A stretch of 64,000 nucleotides of DNA from Patescibacteria group bacterium (GCA_038064395.1 JBBTTE010000004.1:37342-101341); one strand, 5' to 3'; counted from the first letter of the stretch, positions 44,660 through 53,863 are shown. Notes: generated from the sequence alone by a model not told the origin. Made by a program: numbers and translations.

Positions 44660-45046
44660 ATGTCTAAGATTCTCTTGATTGAACCTGACCGCATGTTGAC
44701 CGAAACTTACGGTCGTTCACTAGTGTCGGCTGGCCATCAGGTAATGGCTTGCTTCACAGCTCAAGCTGGCATTCAGGCCGCTGACAAGCAACAGCCTGAC
44801 GTTGTGATTCTAGAACTACAGCTTGTCGAGCACTCAGGGATCGAGTTCTTATACGAATTCCGTTCTTATTCTGAGTGGCAGAACATACCAGTAATAATTC
44901 AGACTACCGTGCCACCCAGCGAGTTTCATGATAACTGGGAGCTGCTCAAGCAAGAACTAAATGTGCAAACATACTTATATAAGCCAGAGACCAGCCTTGC
45001 TCAATTAATCGATGTCGTAGCTGAACAGCTCTCAGTACCAGCGTGA
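44660..45046 (+). CDS. receiver-like single-domain protein with Glu at the phospho-acceptor position (pseudo-receiver)
   Basis: ILLIEPD (acidic pocket E8/D10), VVILELQL (E52 where Asp is expected), IIQTT (Thr) and YLYKP (Lys) are present. Confidence 0.65.
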   Translation: MSKILLIEPDRMLTETYGRSLVSAGHQVMACFTAQAGIQAADKQQPDVVILELQLVEHSGIEFLYEFRSYSEWQNIPVIIQTTVPPSEFHDNWELLKQELNVQTYLYKPETSLAQLIDVVAEQLSVPA

Positions 45047-45735
45047 AGCAGCTACTAACTAGAGGTATTATCCTCAGTCGAACAGATTATGGCGAGGCCG
45101 ATCGCATTATCACAGTTCTAACTCCAGAGCAGGGTAAGCTTAGTCTGATGGCGCGCGGTGTACGCAAACCCAAGAGTCGTTTGGCGGGGGGAATAGAGCT
45201 CTTCAGCACCACAGAGATCACATATATGAATGGGCGTGGTGCTATAGGAACGCTAGTCTCGGCTCGGCTGATTAAGTATTATTCATCAATTGTTAAGGAT
45301 ATTGATCGAGTTCAGCTGGGCTATGAACTTATCAAGAAGCTGCACCGCGCTACCGAGGATCAGCCAGAAGAGGACTATTATGATCTGTTGGAAGCGGGGT
45401 TTGCAGCTCTCGATACACCTTCGATTCGTGTAGAGCTAATCCGTATTTGGTTCGAGGCTCAACTTTTGCGCTATGCGGGTCATTCACCCAATCTCAAGAC
45501 AGACACCGAAGGGCGCAAGCTCGACGCCTCGTTGGTCTACAACTTCGACTTCGACGAAATGGCTTTTGCTGACCACAAGGCAGGACAGTTCGGTGCAGAT
45601 CAAATCAAGTTCCTAAGACTAGTCTTCAGCGGCAACTTGCCCAAAGTCCTATCGCAAGTAGAGGGTCACGAATCACTAGCCCAAAACTGCCAACCTTTGG
45701 TCGGTGCTATGCTCCAGACCCACATTCGGATATAA
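45043..45735 (+). CDS. recO: DNA repair protein RecO
   Basis: An N-terminal OB-fold pattern (GIILSRTDYGEADRIITVLTPEQGKLSLMARGVRK) is present. The position upstream of glycyl-tRNA synthetase matches the Firmicute era-recO-glyQS order. Confidence 0.85.
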   Translation: MKQLLTRGIILSRTDYGEADRIITVLTPEQGKLSLMARGVRKPKSRLAGGIELFSTTEITYMNGRGAIGTLVSARLIKYYSSIVKDIDRVQLGYELIKKLHRATEDQPEEDYYDLLEAGFAALDTPSIRVELIRIWFEAQLLRYAGHSPNLKTDTEGRKLDASLVYNFDFDEMAFADHKAGQFGADQIKFLRLVFSGNLPKVLSQVEGHESLAQNCQPLVGAMLQTHIRI

Positions 45736-45747
45736 TCTGTAGATAAT

Positions 45748-47151
45748 ATGAGCGAAGTAAAACTAGAAGACATTGTTAGCCTATGCAAGCGCCGCGGATT
45801 TATCTACCAAGGCAGTGAAATTTATGGCGGCCTAGCAGGTACATGGGACTACGGTCCACTTGGCGTTGCTCTCAAGAAGAACATTATGAACCTCTGGTGG
45901 AAGACCTTCGTAGAAGACCGTGACGACATGTACGGCGTCGACGCCGCAATCCTGATGAACCAGAAGGTCTGGCAGGCTAGCGGTCACGTTGATACTTTCA
46001 CAGACCCATTAGTAGAATGTTCCAACTGTCATGCGCGTTTGAGAGCGGATCACATTAAAGACAACAAATGCCCAAATTGTGGCAAGGAAAACACTTTTAG
46101 TGAGCCACGCAAGTTCAATATGATGTTCAAAACGCATATCGGACCAGTGGAAGAGTCTTCCATAAATTCATTTGGTGTAAGCGTAAGCGAAGCTAGTGAC
46201 GACGAAGTAAGGACTGAGTTGATTGAGAGAACAGAAACAAAGATGAATGCCCAGTCGGGACTGGTTTATCTACGTCCGGAAACCGCTCAAGGTATCTTCA
46301 CCAATTACAAGAATGTTGTCGACAGCTTCTACCCTGATTTGCCGTTCGGTATGGCTCAGCAGGGCAAAGCCTTCCGTAATGAGATTAGTCCGCGCGACTT
46401 TGTGTTTCGAAGTCGTGAGTTCGAACAGATGGAAATCGAGTATTTCGTCGATCCTAAGGATTGGGAAGCTCAGTTCGAGAAGTGGGTCAGCGACATTGAG
46501 TCATTCCTACGCGAGCTCGGTTTGCCAGATGACAAAGTCCACAAGCTAGAAGTCCCCGACGACGACCGTGCCCACTACAGCAAGCGCACCATCGACTTCG
46601 AGTTTGATTTTCCAATCGGCAAGGAAGAGCTCCTAGGTCTTGCGTACCGCACTGACTTCGACCTTATGAACATTCAGAATGCTTCTGGCAAGAACATGGA
46701 ATACCGACCTAAGGACAGCAGCACACCATTTGTGCCGCATGTTATCGAACCAAGCTTCGGCGTCGAGCGCGCCATCATGGCCGTCCTAACATCCGCCTAC
46801 ACAGAAGATGAAGTGAACGGTGAGAAGCGCAGCTATCTCAAGCTGCCAACACAGCTTGCCCCTGTAAAAGTAGCTGTATCACCACTCCTTAAGAACAAGC
46901 CAGAACTAGTCGAGAAGGCTCGCGAAGTCTATAAGACACTGAAGGCAGAATTCGGCAACGTCATGTGGGACGACAACGGCAACATTGGCAAGAGGTACCG
47001 CCGCCAAGACGAAATCGGCACCCCATACTGCGTAGTAATCGACTTCGACACCCTAGAAGGCGACACAAAGGATACTGTTACTGTGCGCAACCGTGACACT
47101 ACCGAGCAGAGGCGTGTGAACATTAACGAGCTTATCGGCACAATACGCTAA
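45748..47151 (+). CDS. glyQS: glycyl-tRNA synthetase, alpha2 dimeric type
   Basis: LCKRRGFIYQGSEIYGGLAGTWDYGPLG and YLRPETAQGIF are present, with an anticodon-binding C-terminus. A Cys-rich insertion (CSNCH..CPNCG) is also present. Confidence 0.95.
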   Translation: MSEVKLEDIVSLCKRRGFIYQGSEIYGGLAGTWDYGPLGVALKKNIMNLWWKTFVEDRDDMYGVDAAILMNQKVWQASGHVDTFTDPLVECSNCHARLRADHIKDNKCPNCGKENTFSEPRKFNMMFKTHIGPVEESSINSFGVSVSEASDDEVRTELIERTETKMNAQSGLVYLRPETAQGIFTNYKNVVDSFYPDLPFGMAQQGKAFRNEISPRDFVFRSREFEQMEIEYFVDPKDWEAQFEKWVSDIESFLRELGLPDDKVHKLEVPDDDRAHYSKRTIDFEFDFPIGKEELLGLAYRTDFDLMNIQNASGKNMEYRPKDSSTPFVPHVIEPSFGVERAIMAVLTSAYTEDEVNGEKRSYLKLPTQLAPVKVAVSPLLKNKPELVEKAREVYKTLKAEFGNVMWDDNGNIGKRYRRQDEIGTPYCVVIDFDTLEGDTKDTVTVRNRDTTEQRRVNINELIGTIR

Positions 47152-47161
47152 GCCTGTAGCT

Positions 47162-47773
47162 ATGAAGATAGTAGACCTCTCAGTTACGGTTGACCAAGAT
47201 ACTCCAGCCTACCCAGGCGATCCAAAGATCAATATTGAACAGATCGGTGATTTTGACGCAGTTGGTTATAACGATCATCAGGTGACATTCGGTATACATT
47301 CATCTGGCACACATATTGATGCACCGTGGCATATGGTTAAGGATGGCAAGAAGCTTGATGAACTTGCTGTAGAGCAGTTTGTTGGGCGTGGTCGTTATGT
47401 GAAAGCCGCGATGATAGATCTAGAAGTTATTAAGCAGGCAGACATAGAAGAGGGGGACATTGTCTTACTAGATACGGGTATGGGTAATGTCTATGGCCAA
47501 GACGAATACTACACTGGATACAGGCCGGTAATGAGCGAGGAAATCGCCGAATATCTTGTCAGCAAGAAGATAAAGATGGTCGGTGTGGACATGTGCAGTC
47601 CTGACCAAGAGCCGTTTGCAGTTCATCGTATTCTGCTCGGGGCGGGCGTATTGATCATTGAGAACATGACTAATCTATCTCAGCTCGAGGGCCAAGACTT
47701 TACAGTCTATGCGTTGCCGACCAAGCTTAGACTTGATGGTGCGCCAGCCCGCGTGATTGCGGTCATTAATTAG
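47162..47773 (+). CDS. cyclase family protein (kynurenine formamidase-like, PF04199-type)
   Basis: The HxGTHxDxPxH motif is present as HSSGTHIDAPWH. The length is about 200 aa. Confidence 0.8.
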   Translation: MKIVDLSVTVDQDTPAYPGDPKINIEQIGDFDAVGYNDHQVTFGIHSSGTHIDAPWHMVKDGKKLDELAVEQFVGRGRYVKAAMIDLEVIKQADIEEGDIVLLDTGMGNVYGQDEYYTGYRPVMSEEIAEYLVSKKIKMVGVDMCSPDQEPFAVHRILLGAGVLIIENMTNLSQLEGQDFTVYALPTKLRLDGAPARVIAVIN

Positions 47774-47832
47774 GCTACAACCAAGCCGCTACTGCTTGCA
47801 AAAACGACAAATAAGTATAGTATTTGTGTCAT

Positions 47833-48378
47833 ATGAAGATTAGTAAAGGCGAGGATCGGATAGCTTTTGTCGGCGAAAGGCTCACCGTTAAGGTGGCAAG
47901 AACTCATCCGCTTAAGTTCGGCAAGCAAGCGATTCAGCTAACGCAGAGGTACGGCATAAGGACGGCGATCAATTTTTGGACGGATTTTGACCCTGACCAA
48001 CACAAAAGCCTGCAGAACAGATTATTGCACGGAGTTAATGCAAATCGACGCGAAGAACGACTTGCTAGAGGTGCTGGCAGTGTAGTTGTTCCGACGGTTT
48101 CTATACTCGGCGGTATTGCCAATGTGCAACTTACGGCTGAGGCACCAGAACTTTCGGGTCGAGATATTCGTGGTACGTTTACTGATCACCTAGGCACAGT
48201 ACCTGTGGCACAACTGAGTCACATGTTAGAGAACCCCAATAATTTGGGTGTAGACGATGGCGTGATCAAGTTTGTTGATGGGGGCAGTAAAGCTCTCGAA
48301 GAGCTTATAGGGTCTAGGCCAACAGAAATCCAAGACTCGCTAGCCGAGATTGCCGCAAACTATAACCAACCTAGCTAG
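47833..48378 (+). CDS. hypothetical soluble protein (orphan)
   Basis: The ORF starts at the ATG at 47833, with TATAGT at 47816-47821 upstream. No secure family motif was found. Confidence 0.45.
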   Translation: MKISKGEDRIAFVGERLTVKVARTHPLKFGKQAIQLTQRYGIRTAINFWTDFDPDQHKSLQNRLLHGVNANRREERLARGAGSVVVPTVSILGGIANVQLTAEAPELSGRDIRGTFTDHLGTVPVAQLSHMLENPNNLGVDDGVIKFVDGGSKALEELIGSRPTEIQDSLAEIAANYNQPS

Positions 48379-48384
48379 TACAAA

Positions 48385-48393
48385 TGCTATGAT
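48385..48393 (+). promoter_or_regulatory. extended -10 TGcTATGAT, 6 nt before the ATG at 48400
   Basis: Read directly from the sequence. Confidence 0.5.
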
Positions 48394-48399
48394 TAAAGT

Positions 48400-48789
48400 A
48401 TGGAATTCTTGAAGCATTACTTGGTGGCGGCAGCGGTGTTTGTGGCTCTTGATGCTGTGTGGCTGAAGTTCGTAGCCAATTCGTTTTACAAGCGGGAGCT
48501 AGGTGGCTTGCTAGCCAAGAAGCCGAACTTTGTCGCAGCGGCAGTCTTCTATCTGCTCTATATTGTGGGAATTATTGTCTTTGTTGTTAATCCGGCGCTC
48601 GATGGTGAGTCGGCAGCTTGGGCCCTCGGTCACGGAGCCTTACTAGGTCTCCTAATGTACGCTACCTACGACTTGACCAATCATGCGACACTCAAGAATT
48701 GGCCCGCCAAGATTACTTATGTCGACATGGCTTGGGGAACATTTGCCACAGCCACAGTAAGTACCATAACGTATCTATCGGTAAGCTAG
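48400..48789 (+). CDS. DUF2177-like small membrane protein
   Basis: 129 aa with 4 TM helices and a YATYDLTN motif, recalled from the DUF2177 family. Confidence 0.6.
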   Translation: MEFLKHYLVAAAVFVALDAVWLKFVANSFYKRELGGLLAKKPNFVAAAVFYLLYIVGIIVFVVNPALDGESAAWALGHGALLGLLMYATYDLTNHATLKNWPAKITYVDMAWGTFATATVSTITYLSVS

Positions 48790-48906
48790 TGGCTGACATT
48801 CCAGCCTAGAAGCCGGACCAAGCCCAGACAGAGTTCGTACCTTATTTCGGCTGGATTATTGATTAGGACGGGTCTATAATCCCAAGCATAACTTAAGGGG
48901 GATACC

Positions 48907-49326
48907 ATGGACGGCGTAAACATTAATCTCTGGGCTGTTTTGCTCGGTGGTGTTTCTAGTATGGCGATCGGAATGCTTTATTACTCTGATAATGCCTTCG
49001 GTAAGGAGTGGAAGAAGCTAGCTAAGATAGATGAGAAACGACTTAAGACGGAGATGAACAAGTACTTGCCATGGGTGTTTGCGTCGGCTCTAGTCACGGC
49101 TCTTGTAGTAGCCTATTTTGCATTCTTGTACCAAGCCTATACCCAAGCTTCATGGATAAGTTCAGCACTAATCATATCCACTGTTGTCTGGCTGGCCGTA
49201 TCTGCAACTGTCTATGCGCACAACGCGTTCGACCAAAGACCAATTCGGCTGACAGCAATTTCTGTCGGTAACCGACTATTAGTTTTGTTAGCTATCGGCC
49301 TAATAATCGGCTGGCTACACCCATAG
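48907..49326 (+). CDS. DUF1761-like membrane protein
   Basis: The N-terminus INLWAVLLGGVSSMAIGMLYYSDNAFGKEW matches the DUF1761 pattern. TATAAT lies at 48875-48880 and an AAGGGGG SD is upstream. Confidence 0.6.
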   Translation: MDGVNINLWAVLLGGVSSMAIGMLYYSDNAFGKEWKKLAKIDEKRLKTEMNKYLPWVFASALVTALVVAYFAFLYQAYTQASWISSALIISTVVWLAVSATVYAHNAFDQRPIRLTAISVGNRLLVLLAIGLIIGWLHP

Positions 49327-49331
49327 ATACT

Positions 49332-49340
49332 TGATACAAT
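49332..49340 (+). promoter_or_regulatory. extended -10 TGaTACAAT, 8 nt before the ATG at 49349
   Basis: Read directly from the sequence. Confidence 0.5.
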
Positions 49341-49348
49341 CGGAGTCT

Positions 49349-50881
49349 ATGCGACAAAAACAGGCTCTGAGGGTAATGATTGATGGTGGAAATGTTTTCC
49401 TGACGGGAGCACCGGGTGCGGGCAAGACATATGTCCTCAACCAGTTCGTGAAGCGAGCTCGAAACGCCGGCAAGCGCGTGGCTGTGACGGCAAGCACCGG
49501 CATCGCCGCTAGCCATATTAGCGGCACAACTATTCATTCATGGTCGGGACTGGGTATTCTGGATCACTTGAGTGAAGAAGACCTTGATAGGCTATCCAAG
49601 GCCGATCGTTTAGTTAAGCGTTACAACAGCACTGACATTCTTATTATTGATGAGGTCTCCATGTTGCACGGCAAGCGTCTCGACATGGTCAACCAGCTGG
49701 CCAAGGTGCTGCGCCAGAGTGAAGAACCCTTCGGTGGTATGCAGATTATCCTAGTGGGCGACTTGTTCCAGTTGCCACCTATAAGTCGCGGTACTCGCGA
49801 GTTTGACTTCATACATCTCTCGGCGGCATGGGCCGAGCTTAATCCGCAGATTTGTTATCTGACCGAGCAGCATCGCCAGCAGGGCAACGACGAGCTACTG
49901 CAAATCCTAGAGGCCATGCGTCTAGGCCAAGTCGATGATACGCATGGCGACTTATTGCAGGAGAGTCTGGCCAAGGATGTGCCCGAGGGTCTAGTCGTGA
50001 CCAAACTCTATTCTCACAATATAGATGTTGACGCTATCAATCAGAGACACTTAGACGAACTGGATGGCCGTAGCTACAACTTCCAAATGCGCACCAAAGG
50101 CAGCAGGGCCAAACTCGATCAGCTAGCCAAAAGCTTACTCGCTCCTGAGATATTGGAACTAAAAGTCGGAGCAGAAGTGATGTTCGTGGCTAACAACTTT
50201 GCCGATGGCTTCGTGAACGGTAGTCGTGGCAAAGTAGTGGAGCTGGATGCCGAAGGCCCAACCGTTAAGCTTCATAATGGCAAGAAGATTACGGTAGAGC
50301 CGCACAGCTGGAGTCTAAGCGAGGATGGCAAAGTCCGCGCCGAAGTCACGCAACTGCCACTGCGACTAGCCTGGGCTATCACGATCCACAAGAGCCAAGG
50401 CATGAGCCTAGACGCAGCTGAGATCGATCTATCACGGGCCTTCACACCAGGTATGGGGTATGTGGCATTGAGTCGTGTTCGTAGTCTCGATGGTCTATAT
50501 CTCAAAGGCGTCAATAATACTGCCATGGCCATGCACTCACAGATTTATGACTTGGACTCGCTGCTCCGTAGTGCCTCATCAGAACTTGGCGGCAGCGTTG
50601 AAGACATAGCTGACGAGGTAATAATTGCCAAGACCGAGCCAATTGTTGATGAAGCTCTGTTCGTCAAGCTCAAGGACTGGCGGCACAAAAGAGCCGCTGC
50701 CGACAAGCTTCCAGCTTTCATGATCGCCCACGATGCAGCCCTTAGTGCGGTGGCCTCGGACAAGCCAACCACGCCGCAGCAACTACTTGGCTTGAGTGGA
50801 TTTGGCGCCCGCAAAGTCGAAGCCTACGGAACCGACATACTACAAATCGTCGCCGCTCACAGCGCCTCTCGAGCAGCCTAG
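49349..50881 (+). CDS. PIF1/RecD-like SF1 helicase with C-terminal HRDC-like domain
   Basis: Walker A LTGAPGAGKTY, Walker B ILIIDEVSM and the motifs LVGDLFQLPP and AITIHKSQG are present. The C-terminal LFVKLKDWRHKRAAADKLPAFMIAHDAAL..LLGLSGFGARKVEAYG resembles an HRDC domain. Confidence 0.8.
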   Translation: MRQKQALRVMIDGGNVFLTGAPGAGKTYVLNQFVKRARNAGKRVAVTASTGIAASHISGTTIHSWSGLGILDHLSEEDLDRLSKADRLVKRYNSTDILIIDEVSMLHGKRLDMVNQLAKVLRQSEEPFGGMQIILVGDLFQLPPISRGTREFDFIHLSAAWAELNPQICYLTEQHRQQGNDELLQILEAMRLGQVDDTHGDLLQESLAKDVPEGLVVTKLYSHNIDVDAINQRHLDELDGRSYNFQMRTKGSRAKLDQLAKSLLAPEILELKVGAEVMFVANNFADGFVNGSRGKVVELDAEGPTVKLHNGKKITVEPHSWSLSEDGKVRAEVTQLPLRLAWAITIHKSQGMSLDAAEIDLSRAFTPGMGYVALSRVRSLDGLYLKGVNNTAMAMHSQIYDLDSLLRSASSELGGSVEDIADEVIIAKTEPIVDEALFVKLKDWRHKRAAADKLPAFMIAHDAALSAVASDKPTTPQQLLGLSGFGARKVEAYGTDILQIVAAHSASRAA

Positions 50882-51042
50882 TTATTAAATAAACATTAAT
50901 TGTTCAAATTTCGCTAATCTCCAAATAACAGAGAAAGAATAGCCATACACAAGGCCGAAACCGTACAAAAAATGGTGTTAAAACCTTGACCGCAGCAGCC
51001 ACCAAACGCCATCATGAGCCCACTAATATTTAGGAGGCCATG

Positions 51043-51624
51043 ATGCGCAAACCCCAAAAACCCAGACTAATTCTAAGCTCGCTAGGCGTTATGATGTTGG
51101 CAATAATTGCAGTTAGTGGCGTGACATTCGCAGCCCTGCAGAGCCAACAGAATGTCCTAACTGGCAACACGGTTGAGACTGCCACGGCTAATCTAGGGCT
51201 GAGCACGGACGGCATTAATTATGGTGATTCGAGGGTCGGCTTCGACTTCAATAATCTAATGCCAGGTGGAGCGGCCATGCCGATTGCGGGGCACGGCTTC
51301 TATCTCAAGAATGCTGGTGGCACTGCCTTGGCCCTCAAGCTCATGGTCAGTAGTACGCCCAGCAACCCCAATGGCATAGATCTGAGCAAGGTAAATATTC
51401 TACTGACTACCGTTGGTAGTGGCAACCCAGCGCAGAGCTTCAGTCTTCAATCTTTGGCAACAGCTGCGTCGAGTGGCGGTCTGCCAATCACTGGAAGTAT
51501 CGCTAGTGGCACAACAGGGCAGTACAAGCTACAGATACAGATGGCAGCAGACGCCGTAACTGGACAGGGTGCTCAGCTAGGTGGTATCGACTTCGCCTTC
51601 GGAGGCGTAGCCCAGAGCAACTAA
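51043..51624 (+). CDS. secreted protein with SipW-type (TasA/camelysin-like) signal-peptide region
   Basis: The protein begins MRKPQKPR, followed by a TM helix and SGVTFAALQSQQNVLTGNTVETATANLGLS. This matches the G-x-T-F/Y-A-x-F/L ... GN-x-F/V-x-A/T-G/A-x-L pattern of TasA-class proteins. An AGGAGG SD lies at 51032-51037. Confidence 0.55.
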   Translation: MRKPQKPRLILSSLGVMMLAIIAVSGVTFAALQSQQNVLTGNTVETATANLGLSTDGINYGDSRVGFDFNNLMPGGAAMPIAGHGFYLKNAGGTALALKLMVSSTPSNPNGIDLSKVNILLTTVGSGNPAQSFSLQSLATAASSGGLPITGSIASGTTGQYKLQIQMAADAVTGQGAQLGGIDFAFGGVAQSN

Positions 51625-51646
51625 GCTATGCCCGCAGGATCGGCAG

Positions 51647-51655
51647 TGTTAGACT
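51647..51655 (+). promoter_or_regulatory. extended -10 TGtTAGACT, 6 nt before the ATG at 51662
   Basis: Read directly from the sequence. Confidence 0.45.
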
Positions 51656-51661
51656 ATAGGC

Positions 51662-52231
51662 ATGAGACGGAAGAGTCAGAAGACCAATAACTACGCCTTT
51701 ATAGACAGCCAGAACCTTAACCTCGGAACTCAGCGCATGGGTTGGAAGCTGGATTGGCGCAAATTCCGCCAATTCCTAGAGGATAAGTACGGTGTTACGC
51801 ATGCCTACACCTTCATCGGCTACATGAGCGAGAACGAGTCTATGTACGAGTACATGCACGAGCTAGGCTATCTGGTTGTGCTCAAACCGACAATCGATGT
51901 CACGGCTCAGCACGAAGCCGAGAATCCCTCGGACAAACCCAAGCCCGCTGGCGATAAGGACAAGGACAAGCCAATCATCAAGGGCAACGTAGACGCCGAG
52001 CTAGTGCTCTACGCTATGAAAGAGCTGCCCAACTACGACCAAGCCATAATTGTCAGTGGTGACGGCGACTTCTTCAGCCTAGCCGAATACCTAGAAGAAC
52101 AGGGCAAACTATCCCAAATCCTAACCCCCAACTGGCAATACTCTAGTCTACTTAAGACCTTCGATGACAAGATCACTAGACTAGATCAATTAAGGCGTCA
52201 GCTCAGCTACCACGATCGGAAGAAGAAATGA
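51662..52231 (+). CDS. NYN domain (LabA/DUF88-like, PIN-fold) protein
   Basis: YAFIDSQNLNLG, GNVDAELVL and IIVSGDGDF are present. A K/D/P-rich insertion is also present. Confidence 0.75.
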   Translation: MRRKSQKTNNYAFIDSQNLNLGTQRMGWKLDWRKFRQFLEDKYGVTHAYTFIGYMSENESMYEYMHELGYLVVLKPTIDVTAQHEAENPSDKPKPAGDKDKDKPIIKGNVDAELVLYAMKELPNYDQAIIVSGDGDFFSLAEYLEEQGKLSQILTPNWQYSSLLKTFDDKITRLDQLRRQLSYHDRKKK

Positions 52232-52824
52232 GAGATATACTACTTTTCCTCAGCGGGTTGTTGACCATAGTTTGTGTGATTCCGTATTGCATAGATATTG
52301 TTAAACGCCAGACTAAGCCGCGCATCGTATCTTGGTTCAATTGGACTCTATTAACAGGTATTGCCACGGCTGCTGCCATCGCAGACAAGCAATGGCCAAG
52401 TGTTGTTCTGACCGGGTCTGCAACGGCAGCCACAATGATGATCGTTATTCTTGGCATCAAGTATGGCGACACCAAGATCGAGCCCCTAGACGTCGTTTGC
52501 CAGATAGGTGCTGTGATCGGATTGGTCCTGTGGCTAGTTTTCAACAGCCCACTGATCGCCATCATAATGAGTGTCGGTATCGACTTCTTGGTCGGTTTAC
52601 CAACTTATAAGCACGCCTATAAGAAGCCCCATGAGGAGACCAAGCTGACTTTTATAATTGCTTTTGTCGCGGCATTATTGGCGCTACTGGCTATTGATGA
52701 TCCGCAGGCCTCAGGGTTGATTTTCCCGATATATCTCTCGCTAGCTAATCTTCTTATTATCAGCATACTCCAGTTCAGCCCCAATATTGTATCAGCAAAA
52801 CCTAAGGCCAAAGCCCAAGCATAG
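52228..52824 (+). CDS. membrane protein with an internally repeated 3-TM layout (possible PQ-loop/SWEET-like, weak)
   Basis: 6-7 TM helices. Two similar loop motifs (VIPYCIDIVKRQTKP and GLPTYKHAYKKPHEE) are present. The start overlaps the NYN gene stop (ATGA). Confidence 0.45.
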   Translation: MRDILLFLSGLLTIVCVIPYCIDIVKRQTKPRIVSWFNWTLLTGIATAAAIADKQWPSVVLTGSATAATMMIVILGIKYGDTKIEPLDVVCQIGAVIGLVLWLVFNSPLIAIIMSVGIDFLVGLPTYKHAYKKPHEETKLTFIIAFVAALLALLAIDDPQASGLIFPIYLSLANLLIISILQFSPNIVSAKPKAKAQA

Positions 52825-52881
52825 CTTGTCTATAAGGCGTATACTAAAACAAGTACAAAACTAACCTAACCTCTATTATTA

Positions 52882-53511
52882 ATGAAGATTACCAAATACA
52901 TGCACTCTTGTTTGCTTGTCGAGACTCCAGATAGAGTCGCAATCTTTGACCCTGGCGTAATGAGCGTCGAAGCTCTCAGCGGCGTCAAGCTCGATCGACT
53001 CGACGACATTTTCATAACCCACGTTCATCATGATCACTTTGATATTGGCCTTGTTAAGGGCTTTGTCGCTCAATTCCCAGACGTCCGAATCACGAGCACA
53101 CCAGAGGTTGTAGCCAAGCTGGAGGCTGAAGGCATCAAGGCCACCGACCAACCATCAGATGGACTTGCATTCTTTGACTCGCCGCATGAGCAGATCCATG
53201 ACCCAACAGCTACGCCTCAACAAGTCGGAATTCACTACCTAGGCCAGCTCAGTCACCCCGGTGACAGCCACAGCTTCACAGAGACCAAAGCCATCTTAGC
53301 CCTACCAATGCAAGCGCCATGGGGCAGTAACGTTCGTGCCTACAATCTGGCACTCGAGCTTAAGCCCCAGCACGTTCTACCTATTCACGATTGGCATTGG
53401 AATGACACCGCCCGCCAGCAGGCTTACGATCGTTGCGAGCAGCTCCTAAGCGCGCAGGGCATTAAGTTCCATCAACTTAAAACCGGCCAGCCAGTCACAA
53501 TCGACCTCTAG
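52882..53511 (+). CDS. MBL-fold metallo-hydrolase
   Basis: The HxHxDH motif is present as THVHHDHF, with downstream His/Asp ligands. The length is 209 aa. Confidence 0.8.
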   Translation: MKITKYMHSCLLVETPDRVAIFDPGVMSVEALSGVKLDRLDDIFITHVHHDHFDIGLVKGFVAQFPDVRITSTPEVVAKLEAEGIKATDQPSDGLAFFDSPHEQIHDPTATPQQVGIHYLGQLSHPGDSHSFTETKAILALPMQAPWGSNVRAYNLALELKPQHVLPIHDWHWNDTARQQAYDRCEQLLSAQGIKFHQLKTGQPVTIDL

Positions 53512-53538
53512 TCACGCGCATTCCACCAAAGCATAACC

Positions 53539-53567
53539 TTGACAAAAAGCATAATTCTTGCTAGAGT
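53539..53567 (+). promoter_or_regulatory. near-consensus promoter TTGACA-17-TGcTAGAGT, 8 nt before the ATG at 53576
   Basis: Read directly from the sequence. Confidence 0.6.
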
Positions 53568-53575
53568 ACTAAGTG

Positions 53576-53860
53576 ATGTCAATCAAAAATAAAAACACTA
53601 AAACAATCGACAGGCTAGCTGAAACAGCTCAGCAAGCTGGTCTTGTCCTAATGGCCGCCGCAGTTACCATCGGTATGGTAGAAGTCAGCGAACACCTTAG
53701 GAAGGTAGTCGTGCCAACTTCAGCGACCTTTGCCGTAGAGGCAAATGCACCACAGGGCGGCCACGATAATCCAATTCGCCGTGACCGTGAAGAGACCGGT
53801 CCGCACTACGTAAGTTATAGTGCATTCCAACGAACACCAGCTCGCAGCGGTAAGATTTAA
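53576..53860 (+). CDS. small single-TM hypothetical protein (orphan)
   Basis: 94 aa with one hydrophobic helix (AGLVLMAAAVTIGMV) and its own strong promoter. Confidence 0.45.
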   Translation: MSIKNKNTKTIDRLAETAQQAGLVLMAAAVTIGMVEVSEHLRKVVVPTSATFAVEANAPQGGHDNPIRRDREETGPHYVSYSAFQRTPARSGKI

Positions 53861-53863
53861 CCA

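Noticed and set aside
47833-48378. Protein-kinase-like motifs in the orphan (LTVKVAR as a beta3 Lys, HMLENPNNL as a catalytic loop, KFVDGG as a DFG).
   Set aside because: The resemblance is weak. The catalytic Asp positions are not preserved and the protein is short (181 aa). The call cannot be supported without profile or structure searches.
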